A stretch of 62,725 bases of DNA, counting the filler, from Nanobdellota archaeon (GTDB lineage Archaea > Nanobdellota > Nanobdellia > B33-G15), in the NCBI GenBank assembly GCA_003660925.1. It is 3 parts of 3 records of this genome, joined end to end, with 100 filler letters (N's around TTAATTAATTAA, not from the genome) between each part and the next. Parts side by side here need not be neighbours in the genome. Positions count along the whole stretch, not along the records: positions 22,599 to 44,012 come from QMVD01000005.1; 2 more parts are not named here. One strand, 5' to 3'. Shown here piece by piece: positions 28,029 to 36,650 of the stretch. Each line of letters begins with the position of its first letter. Within the stretch, counting starts at the first letter, position 1. The notes beneath the pieces are model-generated. The model did no database searches. It saw only the letters and a program-made list of their open reading frames with translations, and was not told the origin of the DNA. Made by a program: the position numbers and the translations under genes.

Positions 28029-28096
28029 GAGATTCCTTCTCAGAAGGAGTTAATTAAGGTTGCGATGGAAAGTTTTTAATCTGTTACCATTCATGG

Positions 28097-28444
28097 ATGA
28101 ATATGAACCTCGTGTACTTGTTGGTGAAGAGGAGATACTTCAGGAAAGACCTTCAATTCCTAGAAGATCGAAGCAAGGACCTGGCGAGGGCGTTAAAGCC
28201 TCTCCCGTGGACGGGTAAGATAAGGGGTTTCTGGATGGAAGGGGAGAAAGCTCCTGGAGACATAGGGATGGAGATAGAACTGTTGGTTCCTGAAGGGGAA
28301 AAGGATATTTTCATGAGAAAGATAGATTCGCTGGCCAAGCGAGTCTATGGGCCGGGAGTTGAGATCAGAGTGACGGACAACCCGAAACCCTATCGTTCTT
28401 ATTTCACGATCCAGAAGAAGATGACAAATTATTTTAAAAAGTAA
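28097..28444 (+). CDS. Hypothetical protein
   Basis: 115 aa ORF with TATA-like TTTTTAAT upstream. Confidence 0.55.
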   Translation: MNMNLVYLLVKRRYFRKDLQFLEDRSKDLARALKPLPWTGKIRGFWMEGEKAPGDIGMEIELLVPEGEKDIFMRKIDSLAKRVYGPGVEIRVTDNPKPYRSYFTIQKKMTNYFKK

Positions 28445-28458
28445 GGAGAAGTTAGGAC

Positions 28459-28992
28459 ATGGACATCTTCAAGGTCATAAAGGGGAGGAGGAGCATAAGG
28501 AGATATGTGGACAGGAAGGTGAGTAGGTTAGACATAGTTAAGATTTTAGATGCCGCCAGGTGGGCTCCTAGTGCAGGTAACTTGCAGAACTGGTATTTCA
28601 TAGTGGTCCGGGATAAAGGGAAGAAGCTCCAATTAAGCGAGGCCTGTTTGGGCCAGGAGTTCGTGGCCCTTGCGCCAGTGGTGATAGTGGCTTGTGCGGA
28701 CAATCGGAGCATAGGGATGTTCTACGGGGAGAGGGGGGAACGATTATATTCCATCCAGAACGTGGCCGCAGCGGTCCAGAACATGTTGCTCATGGCTCAC
28801 TCCTTGGGATTAGGATCTTGTTGGGTCGGGGCCTTCGACACCGAGATGGTCAAGAACATACTCAGGATCCCTGACAACGTGGAGCCCCAAGCAGTAGTTA
28901 CCATAGGTTACCCTGGAGAAAAGCCTCCTGCCCCGAAGAGGAAGGACCTGGACAGGATGGTATTCTTGGAAGAGTGGGGAAAGAGGTTCTAA
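28459..28992 (+). CDS. Nitroreductase family protein
   Basis: RRSIRRY, APSAGNLQ, QNMLLMAHSLGLGSCWVG, IGYP. Confidence 0.95.
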   Translation: MDIFKVIKGRRSIRRYVDRKVSRLDIVKILDAARWAPSAGNLQNWYFIVVRDKGKKLQLSEACLGQEFVALAPVVIVACADNRSIGMFYGERGERLYSIQNVAAAVQNMLLMAHSLGLGSCWVGAFDTEMVKNILRIPDNVEPQAVVTIGYPGEKPPAPKRKDLDRMVFLEEWGKRF

Positions 28993-29005
28993 AAAAAAGA
29001 AAAAG
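28991..29005 (-). terminator. Oligo-U terminator of ftsZ
   Basis: A-run on + (U-tract on -) about 25 nt after the ftsZ stop, preceded by a C-rich stretch. Confidence 0.5.
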
Positions 29006-29029
29006 AGGGGGGTGGGTGGTTGGGGGTGC

Positions 29030-30091
29030 TCAAAGAAGTTCTATGCCCAACTCCTCACTCACTTGCTTCGCGACTTCTCCCTCCTTCACGGGCCCCAATA
29101 TATAAGGGGATTTGACGCCAGAGATTATCACCATCACCCTGAGCTTCCCGGCCATATCTTCTTGGATCCTCGCTCCCCATATCACTTGAGCGTCTGGGTC
29201 CAATGACTGGGTCACTAGCTCCCCTATCTGGTTCACTTCCTCCAGGGTCATGTCCGGCCCTCCGGTTATGTGGATCAACGCCCCAGTGGCTCCCGCGTAG
29301 TCCACATCCAGTAGCGGGTTCTGCAAGGCCTTCCTCACCGCCTCTTCCACCTTGTTCTCCGTGTCGCTCTCCCCTACCCCTATAACGCTCACGCCCCCGT
29401 GCTTCATGATGGCCTTCACATCAGCGAAGTCAAGGTTCACCAATGAAGGAATCGCTATGGTCTCCACGATCCCCTTGATCATGGTAGCTATGAGCTCGTT
29501 CGCCACCGCGAACGCCTGTTGAATGGGGAGGGACCCAGCGATCTCGACCAGCCTGTTGTTGTCTATGACTATCACGGTGTCGCAACTGTTTCTCAACTTC
29601 TGAAGGCCTATCTCAGCCTTCTCCACCCTCGCCTTCTCTATGTTAAAGGGCATGGTGACGACCCCGATCACTATGGCGCCCGCCTCCTTGGCGATCTGGG
29701 CGATCACGGGAGAGGCACCGGTCCCGGTCCCACCGCCCATGCCCGCACATATGAAAGCGAGGTCTGTGTCCTTCAAGGCATCCTTGAGCTCGTGCACGCT
29801 CTCCTTGGCAGCTTGTTCACCTATCTCGGGGAAGCCGCCTGCCCCGAGCCCCTTGGTTAATTCTTTCCCTATGAGGACCTTCAGGTCCGCGGACCTAGCG
29901 TCCAGGTGTTGCTTGTCCGTGTTGACCGCGATGACTTCTGCCCCAATGACTCCCTTCTGGTAAAGCCAGTCCACGATGTTGTTCCCTGCTCCTCCCACGC
30001 CCACGACTTTTATTTTGGCCTGGGAAGCCAGGCCAGATTCTACATCCCAGTTTTGCACGCTTTTAAGCGCGTTTTTGATTATGAAGTCCAT
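29030..30091 (-). CDS. ftsZ: Cell division protein FtsZ
   Basis: GVGGAGNN, NTD, tubulin signature GMGGGTGTG, VNLDFADV. Confidence 0.98.
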   Translation of the reverse strand: MDFIIKNALKSVQNWDVESGLASQAKIKVVGVGGAGNNIVDWLYQKGVIGAEVIAVNTDKQHLDARSADLKVLIGKELTKGLGAGGFPEIGEQAAKESVHELKDALKDTDLAFICAGMGGGTGTGASPVIAQIAKEAGAIVIGVVTMPFNIEKARVEKAEIGLQKLRNSCDTVIVIDNNRLVEIAGSLPIQQAFAVANELIATMIKGIVETIAIPSLVNLDFADVKAIMKHGGVSVIGVGESDTENKVEEAVRKALQNPLLDVDYAGATGALIHITGGPDMTLEEVNQIGELVTQSLDPDAQVIWGARIQEDMAGKLRVMVIISGVKSPYILGPVKEGEVAKQVSEELGIELL

Positions 30092-30111
30092 TTTTGCACC
30101 CCCGGTTTTTC

Positions 30112-30263
30112 ACTTCCGAAAACTTTTTATTTTCGGAAGTTCCTTTCCTTCCCGAAGAAGATGAGTAATGCTACCTAAAGCATTACGATGCAGAAATCCA
30201 AGCCCAACTAATCAAGCCCAAATACCCAAGCCCGATTCTAAATTGTTTGGCTAGATTTAAATA
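30112..30263. promoter_or_regulatory. Structured ftsZ upstream region: two perfect inverted repeats, three CAAGCCC direct repeats, TATA-like box
   Basis: ACTTCCGAAAA-N7-TTTTCGGAAGT (30112-30140). GTAATGCT-N6-AGCATTAC (30165-30186). CAAGCCC at 30199/30213/30227. TTTAAATA at 30256-30263. Confidence 0.65.
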
Positions 30264-30394
30264 CTTCATTATAATCCAGAATATATTTTGAGCTCGATGG
30301 AAAGATACTTAAAAGATTAACTCCCTCCCAGTGATTAATGAGAGAAGAAAAAGTATTTAAGCATTCATTTAAAAGTAAAGAACTAGGTGATAAG

Positions 30395-31177
30395 ATGGTC
30401 CTAGACAGTGATACTCTCTCACAATTGAGGCGTTATTTTGGGCTCAACCTCTACGAGGTGAAGATATGGACCGCACTCCTCTCAAGGGGGATAAGCACCG
30501 CCGGAGAGCTCAGCGAGATAAGTGGGGTCCCCAGGAGTAGGGCCTATGACATCTTGGAAAGCCTGGAGAGGAAGGGCTTCGCCGTGATGAAAGTGGGAAA
30601 GCCCATAAAGTACATCGCGATCCCACCAGAGGAAGTGATTGAGAGGGCGAAGAAGTACATGGAAACTGAACACAGGGAGAGGGTGAAGAGGTTAGAGTCC
30701 GTCAAGGATTCTGAGCTCATGAGCACTCTCAAGCAGTTATATGAGCAGGGGGTGAAGGTCCTCAAGCCAACCGAGTATTCTGGGATGATAAGGGGAAGAA
30801 ATAACCTCCTGAATCATCTAGGTTTCATGATAAGGAACGCTAAGCAAGAGGTAGTCTTGGTCACCAACGAAAAGGCCTTGTTCGAGAAAGTAGAAGCACT
30901 GGAGAAGGTGCTCGAAGGGGCCAAGAAGAGGGGAGTGAAGATAAGGATCGCTGCTCCAGTGGGGAAGGAGGCGAGGGAGCTCGTGGAGAGACTCAAGAAG
31001 TTCGCGGAGTTCAAGCCCCTGAAGGAGGACATCGGGAGATTCTGTGTGGTGGATGGGAGCAATGTCCTAGTAATGCTCGAAAGCTACGAGAAGATCCATC
31101 CCAACTTCGACACCGGCATCTGGATGAGTTCTGAACCGGTAGGGAAGAGTCTCAGAAAGGCTTTTGAGAAGCTTTGA
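30395..31177 (+). CDS. TrmB family transcriptional regulator
   Basis: FGLNLYE.KIW.ALL...SGVPRSRAYDILESLERKG wHTH plus PLD-like effector domain. AGGTGA RBS before ATG at 30395. Confidence 0.92.
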   Translation: MVLDSDTLSQLRRYFGLNLYEVKIWTALLSRGISTAGELSEISGVPRSRAYDILESLERKGFAVMKVGKPIKYIAIPPEEVIERAKKYMETEHRERVKRLESVKDSELMSTLKQLYEQGVKVLKPTEYSGMIRGRNNLLNHLGFMIRNAKQEVVLVTNEKALFEKVEALEKVLEGAKKRGVKIRIAAPVGKEARELVERLKKFAEFKPLKEDIGRFCVVDGSNVLVMLESYEKIHPNFDTGIWMSSEPVGKSLRKAFEKL

Positions 31178-32009
31178 GCTCAAACCGGGAGAGGCCGAAG
31201 AGGAGATCTGAGAGGAGCTCACTTATGTCCTTCTTGCTCTCGTAGACGCTCACTTCTACTCTCGTTAGATTTCCAAACTCCCTCGCTACTTCCAAGACCT
31301 TCTCCTTTCCCCCTAAGTAATCCACGAATCCCCTTTCGTATGCCTGTTTCCCCAACATTATAGCTCCCTCATCCGAGAGGTTCGTGACCTCTTCTACGCT
31401 CATGTTCCTGTTGTGAGCAACATCCTCCAAGAAGCCCCAGTAGCTCTCGTTCAGGATCTCCATGATGTCTTTCTTCTCTTCCTCCGTAAGTCCCCTGTAG
31501 GGGGAGAGCATGTCCTTCTTCTCGGGGATGGAGAGGTTCACGTACCTTATCCCGTATTTCTCGAAGAGCCCGGAAAACTCCAAGTAACTAGCAACTACTC
31601 CTATGGAGCCAGTTATTGAAAAGGGGCTCGCCACGATGGCGTCGCAGGCTGAGGCTATCCAATATGCCCCGCTGGTCCCTACATCCCTTATCCACGCGAT
31701 CTTCGGCTTTTCCATGACTTTTATCCTTTCCACGATCTCCTGGACGGACACTATAGCCCCTCCGGGGGAGTTTATGGAGAAAACCACTACTTTCACATTT
31801 GGATTCCTCTCCGCCTCGTCTATGAGGGATATGATATCGTCCACACTCACCCCGCCAAAGATGCTTTGACTACCTATTTCCCCCTCTATTCTTATCAGCG
31901 CCACATTTCCAGGGAGGACGGAGAAGAAGCTGCCCAACAAGGCAGCGAAGAAGACCGCGAGGAGGGAGAGAGAAATTAAGTAGTAGAACATCCTGAGTTC
32001 CTTGCTCAT
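31152..32009 (-). CDS. sppA: Signal peptide peptidase SppA (S49)
   Basis: INSPGG, TSGAYWIAS, ITGSIGV, N-terminal TM. Confidence 0.92.
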   Translation of the reverse strand: MSKELRMFYYLISLSLLAVFFAALLGSFFSVLPGNVALIRIEGEIGSQSIFGGVSVDDIISLIDEAERNPNVKVVVFSINSPGGAIVSVQEIVERIKVMEKPKIAWIRDVGTSGAYWIASACDAIVASPFSITGSIGVVASYLEFSGLFEKYGIRYVNLSIPEKKDMLSPYRGLTEEEKKDIMEILNESYWGFLEDVAHNRNMSVEEVTNLSDEGAIMLGKQAYERGFVDYLGGKEKVLEVAREFGNLTRVEVSVYESKKDISELLSDLLFGLSRFELKASQKPF

Positions 32010-32419
32010 GCTTCAATCACCAATTTTGGCACATATAAAACTTGTGTGTGAGATATCCTCTCGAAGAGCCTTTGGTCAGAGGTCACCAAGGGAAACAGGT
32101 CAAAGAGGAAGAAGGGAGGGAAAAGGAAAGGGAGGTTTCTCAACAAGGCGTCTCCGAACTTCTCTATCCCCCTCACTTCTAGGGAGAGAAAGTACTTACC
32201 CGGGGTCTGGGAGAAGGAGAACTCGAAGGAGGACTTGTAGAGGAGGAAGAGGAAGGATGAGAGAAAGAGGAAGGAGACGGAGGGCCCTTCCAATCCTTCT
32301 AAGGAGGTGAAGTCCCTTAAACCCGCGGAATAGAAGAAGACGAAGGAAGAGGGGACGAAGATCAGAAAGTAGAAGATGAGGAGATCAATGAGGAAGGCAG
32401 CGAACCTCTTGTCCAACAT
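32006..32419 (-). CDS. RDD family membrane protein
   Basis: KRFAAFLID, QTPGK...LEV, LLRN, QRLFE..S.T.V. Start placed at MLDKR. Confidence 0.85.
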   Translation of the reverse strand: MLDKRFAAFLIDLLIFYFLIFVPSSFVFFYSAGLRDFTSLEGLEGPSVSFLFLSSFLFLLYKSSFEFSFSQTPGKYFLSLEVRGIEKFGDALLRNLPFLFPPFFLFDLFPLVTSDQRLFERISHTQVLYVPKLVIEA

Positions 32420-32513
32420 GGGAGAGTTAGGTGAGGGTGTTTTATATTTCTTTCTCGGATGTGTGTGGTGGAGCGCATAAAAATTATAAAAGGAGACGAA
32501 AAAGGTTTCTCCC

Positions 32514-33527
32514 ATGAAGGTTTCTGAGATCATGTCTAAAAAAGTCCTCTGCTTGGACGCGAAGGAGCCCATTTGGGGAGCCATCTCCAAGCTGGAGAAG
32601 TATGATTACAAGGAAGCGCCCGTGTTGGAAAATGGAAAGTACAAGGGGATGTTCGTCCTCTACAACTTATCAAGGCCCGTGAGGGTGATGGAAGAGGAAA
32701 GGGTGGAAAAATACGTCGTTCAAGTCCCGAAATTGAGCCCGGATGATGACCTCGAAGAGGTCATGAGGATCATGGCGGAATCCGGAGTGTTGGGGCTCCC
32801 TGTCTTGGAAAGAGAGAAAGTGGTGGGTATAGTCTCCGACTTCGACGTCCTCAAACACGTGAGGCTAGAAGGGAAAGTGCATGAGTATATGAGAAAGGGT
32901 GTCCCGACCATCTCCCCAGAGGAGAACGTAGGGAGGGCCAGGAGATTGATGGCAGAACACAACCTCAACAGGTTGCCGGTGGTGAAGGAAGGGAAATATT
33001 TGGGCCAAGTAACTTTGGTGGATACTTTAAGGGTCCTGGCGGGCTTCAAGCGAATAGACTTGATGAGCGAAGGCGAATCTGTCACCTCCTTTCCCATAAA
33101 GGGACTGGTAAGGCCAGGTGAGAGCTTGCTCCCAGAGGAGGATATAAACTCCGCTATAAAGAAGATGTTAAATGCTCACGTAGGAGGCATGCCAGTGGTG
33201 AACATGGAAGGGGAAGTTGTTGGAGTCCTCATAAGGAGTGATTTGCTAAGGGCAAAAATCAGGGAAGAAAAAAAGGTGGACGTTCAGCTCTCCGGGGTAA
33301 AGGACATAGAACCAAATTTGAAGGAGCTCATCCAGAGGAGCTTGGGAAGGCTCACCAACCAGATAAGCATCCACGTGAAGCCCATAAAGGGGGAGAGGTA
33401 TGAGGTCTACGTGAGGACTGTAAAGAAGGGGGAGACCTTGAGCGTGAAGAAGGAGGGAAAGCTTCCCTTCGTGGTTAAGGATGCCATTAAGGAGATGGAG
33501 AGCTTGTTGAGGAGGAGGGAGGAATGA
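32514..33527 (+). CDS. Four-CBS-domain protein with C-terminal HPF/RaiA-like domain (candidate ribosome hibernation factor)
   Basis: Four CBS repeats (APV, LPV..VVGIVS..D, RLPVV, MPVV..VVGVL..SDL) and a C-terminal beta-alpha-beta-beta-beta-alpha segment. Confidence 0.8.
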   Translation: MKVSEIMSKKVLCLDAKEPIWGAISKLEKYDYKEAPVLENGKYKGMFVLYNLSRPVRVMEEERVEKYVVQVPKLSPDDDLEEVMRIMAESGVLGLPVLEREKVVGIVSDFDVLKHVRLEGKVHEYMRKGVPTISPEENVGRARRLMAEHNLNRLPVVKEGKYLGQVTLVDTLRVLAGFKRIDLMSEGESVTSFPIKGLVRPGESLLPEEDINSAIKKMLNAHVGGMPVVNMEGEVVGVLIRSDLLRAKIREEKKVDVQLSGVKDIEPNLKELIQRSLGRLTNQISIHVKPIKGERYEVYVRTVKKGETLSVKKEGKLPFVVKDAIKEMESLLRRREE

Positions 33528-34003
33528 GGATATCTGAGGAAATATGGCCCAGGCCGGTGGCCATCCTGACCACCATCTCAAAGGAGGGGAGACCTAATGG
33601 CATGACCGTGAGCTTCCTGATGCCCATAAGCTTCGAACCGAAGTACGTCGCTGTCTCCGTGTCCCCGAGGAGATTTTCCTTCCAGAACTTGAATGAGGTG
33701 AGGGAGTTCGGGCTGAACATCCTGGAGAAAAGCCAGAGGAAGTTGGCGGAGATCTTCGGCACCTTAAGTGGAAGGGAAGAGGACAAGTTTAAGATTGCTG
33801 GGGTCAAACCCATCAAATCAGAGGCCATAAGGCCTCCCTTGATCGAGTGTCCCATAAGCTTGGAGTGCGAAGTGGTGTTCATGGAAGAGTTTGGGGATCA
33901 TTACTTAGTGATCGGAAAGGTACTAAAGGAACATGTGAGGAAGGAAGAGTTCGAGCCCTTACTTCACAAGTCCGGAGACTTCTTCCCTGAAATAAAAGTT
34001 TAA
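33524..34003 (+). CDS. Flavin reductase family protein
   Basis: PRPVAILTT, NGMTVS, SGREEDKF, LECEV..GDH.LVIG.V. Confidence 0.92.
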   Translation: MRISEEIWPRPVAILTTISKEGRPNGMTVSFLMPISFEPKYVAVSVSPRRFSFQNLNEVREFGLNILEKSQRKLAEIFGTLSGREEDKFKIAGVKPIKSEAIRPPLIECPISLECEVVFMEEFGDHYLVIGKVLKEHVRKEEFEPLLHKSGDFFPEIKV

Positions 34004-34029
34004 AAGAAAAGGGATGAGAGGGAAATCAT

Positions 34030-34102
34030 AGCCCCGTCGTCTAGCGGTCAAGGATGCTGGGCTTTGGACCCAGTGACGGCGGTTCGAATCCGCCCGGGGC
34101 TA
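34030..34102 (+). tRNA. tRNA-Gln (TTG)
   Basis: AGCCCCG/CGGGGCT acceptor (archaeal A1-U72), CTGGG-CT-TTG-GA-CCCAG anticodon arm, GGTTCGAATCC. Confidence 0.96.
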
Positions 34103-34723
34103 TCTCCTCCCAGAATGCCTCCTGGGATTGAAGACCTTGTTGAGGGCAGTGTCCACCTCTGATCCTAAAATGATGGCGATCTCAAGCGCCCCTTCCATCC
34201 CAGAGGGGAAGATGGCCCCCTTCTTCTCCAAGCGCTCCCTTATCTTTTCGACGATTTTCCTCTCCTTCTCCTTCAGGAGTATCTCCTCAAGTCCGCTGAA
34301 AGGAACGAGTCCTGTGCCGAATCCCAGGAGACAAGGACCTTCTGTTTCTCCGCATGGAAAGTCTCCTAGGGAACCAAATGGTTCGACCTTGTAATCGATC
34401 GCCATCCCATAGGTACGCAAGGAGGGGTAGCTCCGACTTATCCTAGTTAAGAAGGGAGCTGACCCTTTCTTCTTATACACATAACAGAATGTGCGTTCTT
34501 CCTGACAGGAGTTGCACTTGGAAGAAGGGGAGTAGCCGACACGTTTGAGTACAGGACCGAGAGAGAAAGGGAGGATTGGGAAGGCAACACCGAGGAGCTT
34601 CACGCGTTCATCGAAATAGAGTTTATTTCTATTCAAGTGCCCTAAATCTTTCCTCCTAATGATACCCACCTCTTCTAAGAAGCGCGACGCCACTTCCTTG
34701 TAAACCCTGGTCTGAAGGCGCAT
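34100..34723 (-). CDS. Hypothetical protein
   Basis: 207 aa ORF with CNSC. Its stop overlaps the tRNA-Gln 3' end. Confidence 0.55.
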   Translation of the reverse strand: MRLQTRVYKEVASRFLEEVGIIRRKDLGHLNRNKLYFDERVKLLGVAFPILPFSLGPVLKRVGYSPSSKCNSCQEERTFCYVYKKKGSAPFLTRISRSYPSLRTYGMAIDYKVEPFGSLGDFPCGETEGPCLLGFGTGLVPFSGLEEILLKEKERKIVEKIRERLEKKGAIFPSGMEGALEIAIILGSEVDTALNKVFNPRRHSGRR

Positions 34724-34754
34724 TCTTTCAAAGGTTAAAAAGAGTTTAAAAATG

Positions 34755-35264
34755 TTACTCTTTAGAAGTTGTGACTTTTTTGATCTCCTCTTTAAGGGCC
34801 TTTATCTTCTCATCTATCTCATTGATTATGAAGGAAGGGTCCACAGCATCCAGGAAGGACTCGCAGACTGGACAGGAGAAGTTGTGTTTAGCTGCTGCCT
34901 CAAAGGTGAAGACCCTCTTACAGTCCTTACACTCGAAGAGTTGATTGGCCGACAACATCTTCTTCTTCTCCTCCAATCTCTTGATCTCCTCCTCGTGCTT
35001 CTTCACCCACAACTCTTTTATTCGATCCTCGTTCACCCACCAAAAATATACCCACCACGCCCTCTTCTCATCCCTCTCCCTGTCGTATTCCACCACCTTC
35101 TTCTCGTACAAACTGTACAAGATACTCCTCACCTTATTCACGTCCTTCTTCAATTTCTCGGCCAGGGAAAACTCATCTATCCTCCCCGTCTTCATCAGAG
35201 TCTTGACTACTTGGAGGGCCTCTTCCCCGAACATCTCTAAGATGAGCTCTTTTACATAGGACAT
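34755..35264 (-). CDS. tfe: Transcription factor E (TFE alpha)
   Basis: wHTH DEFSLAEKL...VRSILYSL, W.VYFW, Zn ribbon CKDC...FTFE.A...FSCPVC. Confidence 0.9.
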   Translation of the reverse strand: MSYVKELILEMFGEEALQVVKTLMKTGRIDEFSLAEKLKKDVNKVRSILYSLYEKKVVEYDRERDEKRAWWVYFWWVNEDRIKELWVKKHEEEIKRLEEKKKMLSANQLFECKDCKRVFTFEAAAKHNFSCPVCESFLDAVDPSFIINEIDEKIKALKEEIKKVTTSKE

Positions 35265-35298
35265 CGTGTTGAATGTAACAACTCCAGAATTAAATACT

Positions 35299-36462
35299 TT
35301 ACAGGAGATACGGGCCGATTATGTTAAATATGAGCAAGATGAGGAAGAAGTAGAAGATGGAGGAACATACGAGGTTGAGGTGTTTCTCGTCCCTTATGAG
35401 ATAGGAAAGGAGATTATAAACTATGATGCTCCCATCAAGGGCGAAGATGGGGAGGAGGTTCATGATGCCCACCAAAAAGCTCAGGAAGGCCAGCCAACCC
35501 AAGAGGCCTTTGTCATAAGTACCCAGCCTGAAGTAGGGGAGGCCGAGAAGGATGTAGGAGAGCCTCCCGAGGAATTGCTCCTTAAAAGACCAAGCTTGGG
35601 AGAGGTATATGCCCATGTAAGGGATGCTCTCATTCTGGGGACTACCGGTCAGGGTGAGGTTGAACTCTCCCTCATTCGTCAGGACCTTAATGGTCTGATT
35701 GGGCTTGAAGCTGGAAAGGGCCTCTGAAAAGGAGGTGATGTTCTGGGTAGTGAAGTTCTCCAAACCCAGGATCACCATGCCATCCTTCAAACCGGCTTCT
35801 TGAGCAGGGTATCCCTCCATCACCTTCACGATCTTGACGCCCTCGTAGGAGAAGAAGTTGGATAAGAGAGGATCAAGGGAGAAGATCAACGCCCCTATCA
35901 ACAAGGCGGTCAATATGTTGGAAACAGGACCTGCTGAGGCAACCCTTATCCTGGATAATCTCGATCTCTTCTTCATGTCCCCCTCGTGAGGTTCCACGAA
36001 AGCTAGGAAGAAGACGAGGAATAAACCAAATCCTGCATCTTTCACCCTTATGCGTTCACTCAGGGCCACTATCCCATGGGAGAACTCGTGGATGATGGCC
36101 AGGATGGCTATGGAGATGACGGTGTACCAGAAGGGGAAGAAGATGGGAGAACCTGGGATCCTCACTCCAGGGATCACGAAGGCGACGGTGGGTCCTATCT
36201 TCTTCGTGAGGATGAAATAAGTGTTCAGGATTAGTTGGGAGGAGATCACGAAGGTGAAGTAGAGGGCGATGGGGATGTAGATGGTGGAGACGAGCTTGCA
36301 GAGGGCCCTGTGCTTGGCTATTTTCTTCATGAAGGAGATGCCCCTTTTAGTCTTGTAACCCAGAACTACCTTGGAGATGACCCTGACCTTCTTCCTGTTC
36401 TTGTAGAAGAAGAGGAAGAGGAGGAGATAAAACAAGATGGCGGATAGGAGTTCCAAGTCCAT
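35299..36462 (-). CDS. Site-2 protease (M50) with PDZ domain
   Basis: HEFSH, AFVEP, AGPVSN, PDZ (YPAQEAGLK), NLLPIFALDG. Confidence 0.93.
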   Translation of the reverse strand: MDLELLSAILFYLLLFLFFYKNRKKVRVISKVVLGYKTKRGISFMKKIAKHRALCKLVSTIYIPIALYFTFVISSQLILNTYFILTKKIGPTVAFVIPGVRIPGSPIFFPFWYTVISIAILAIIHEFSHGIVALSERIRVKDAGFGLFLVFFLAFVEPHEGDMKKRSRLSRIRVASAGPVSNILTALLIGALIFSLDPLLSNFFSYEGVKIVKVMEGYPAQEAGLKDGMVILGLENFTTQNITSFSEALSSFKPNQTIKVLTNEGEFNLTLTGSPQNESIPYMGIYLSQAWSFKEQFLGRLSYILLGLPYFRLGTYDKGLLGWLAFLSFLVGIMNLLPIFALDGSIIVYNLLSYLIRDEKHLNLVCSSIFYFFLILLIFNIIGPYLL

Positions 36463-36464
36463 TT

Positions 36465-36638
36465 TTACACGCCCTTGAAGACCTTATGTTTGGGCCTCAA
36501 GCTCCTGGACCCGCACTTCCTGCACTTCACCTTCCCCAGCCTCACCTTCTGGGGATCTGCTCTGATCTTGGTCTTACACTTCCGGCAGACGAAGACGTTC
36601 TTGAAGATCCTAGCGTCCGCCTCCTTGAACCTGGGCAT
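36465..36638 (-). CDS. rpl40e: 50S ribosomal protein L40e (not in the ORF track)
   Basis: MPRFKEADARIFKNVFVCRKCKTKIRADPQKVRLGKVKCRKCGSRSLRPKHK, 57 aa. Confidence 0.9.
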   Translation of the reverse strand: MPRFKEADARIFKNVFVCRKCKTKIRADPQKVRLGKVKCRKCGSRSLRPKHKVFKGV

Positions 36639-36650
36639 GGGGATTGGAAG

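Noticed and set aside
30199..30233. CAAGCCC repeats as a mini-CRISPR
   Set aside because: 7-bp repeats with 7-bp spacers are far too short, and no cas genes are present.
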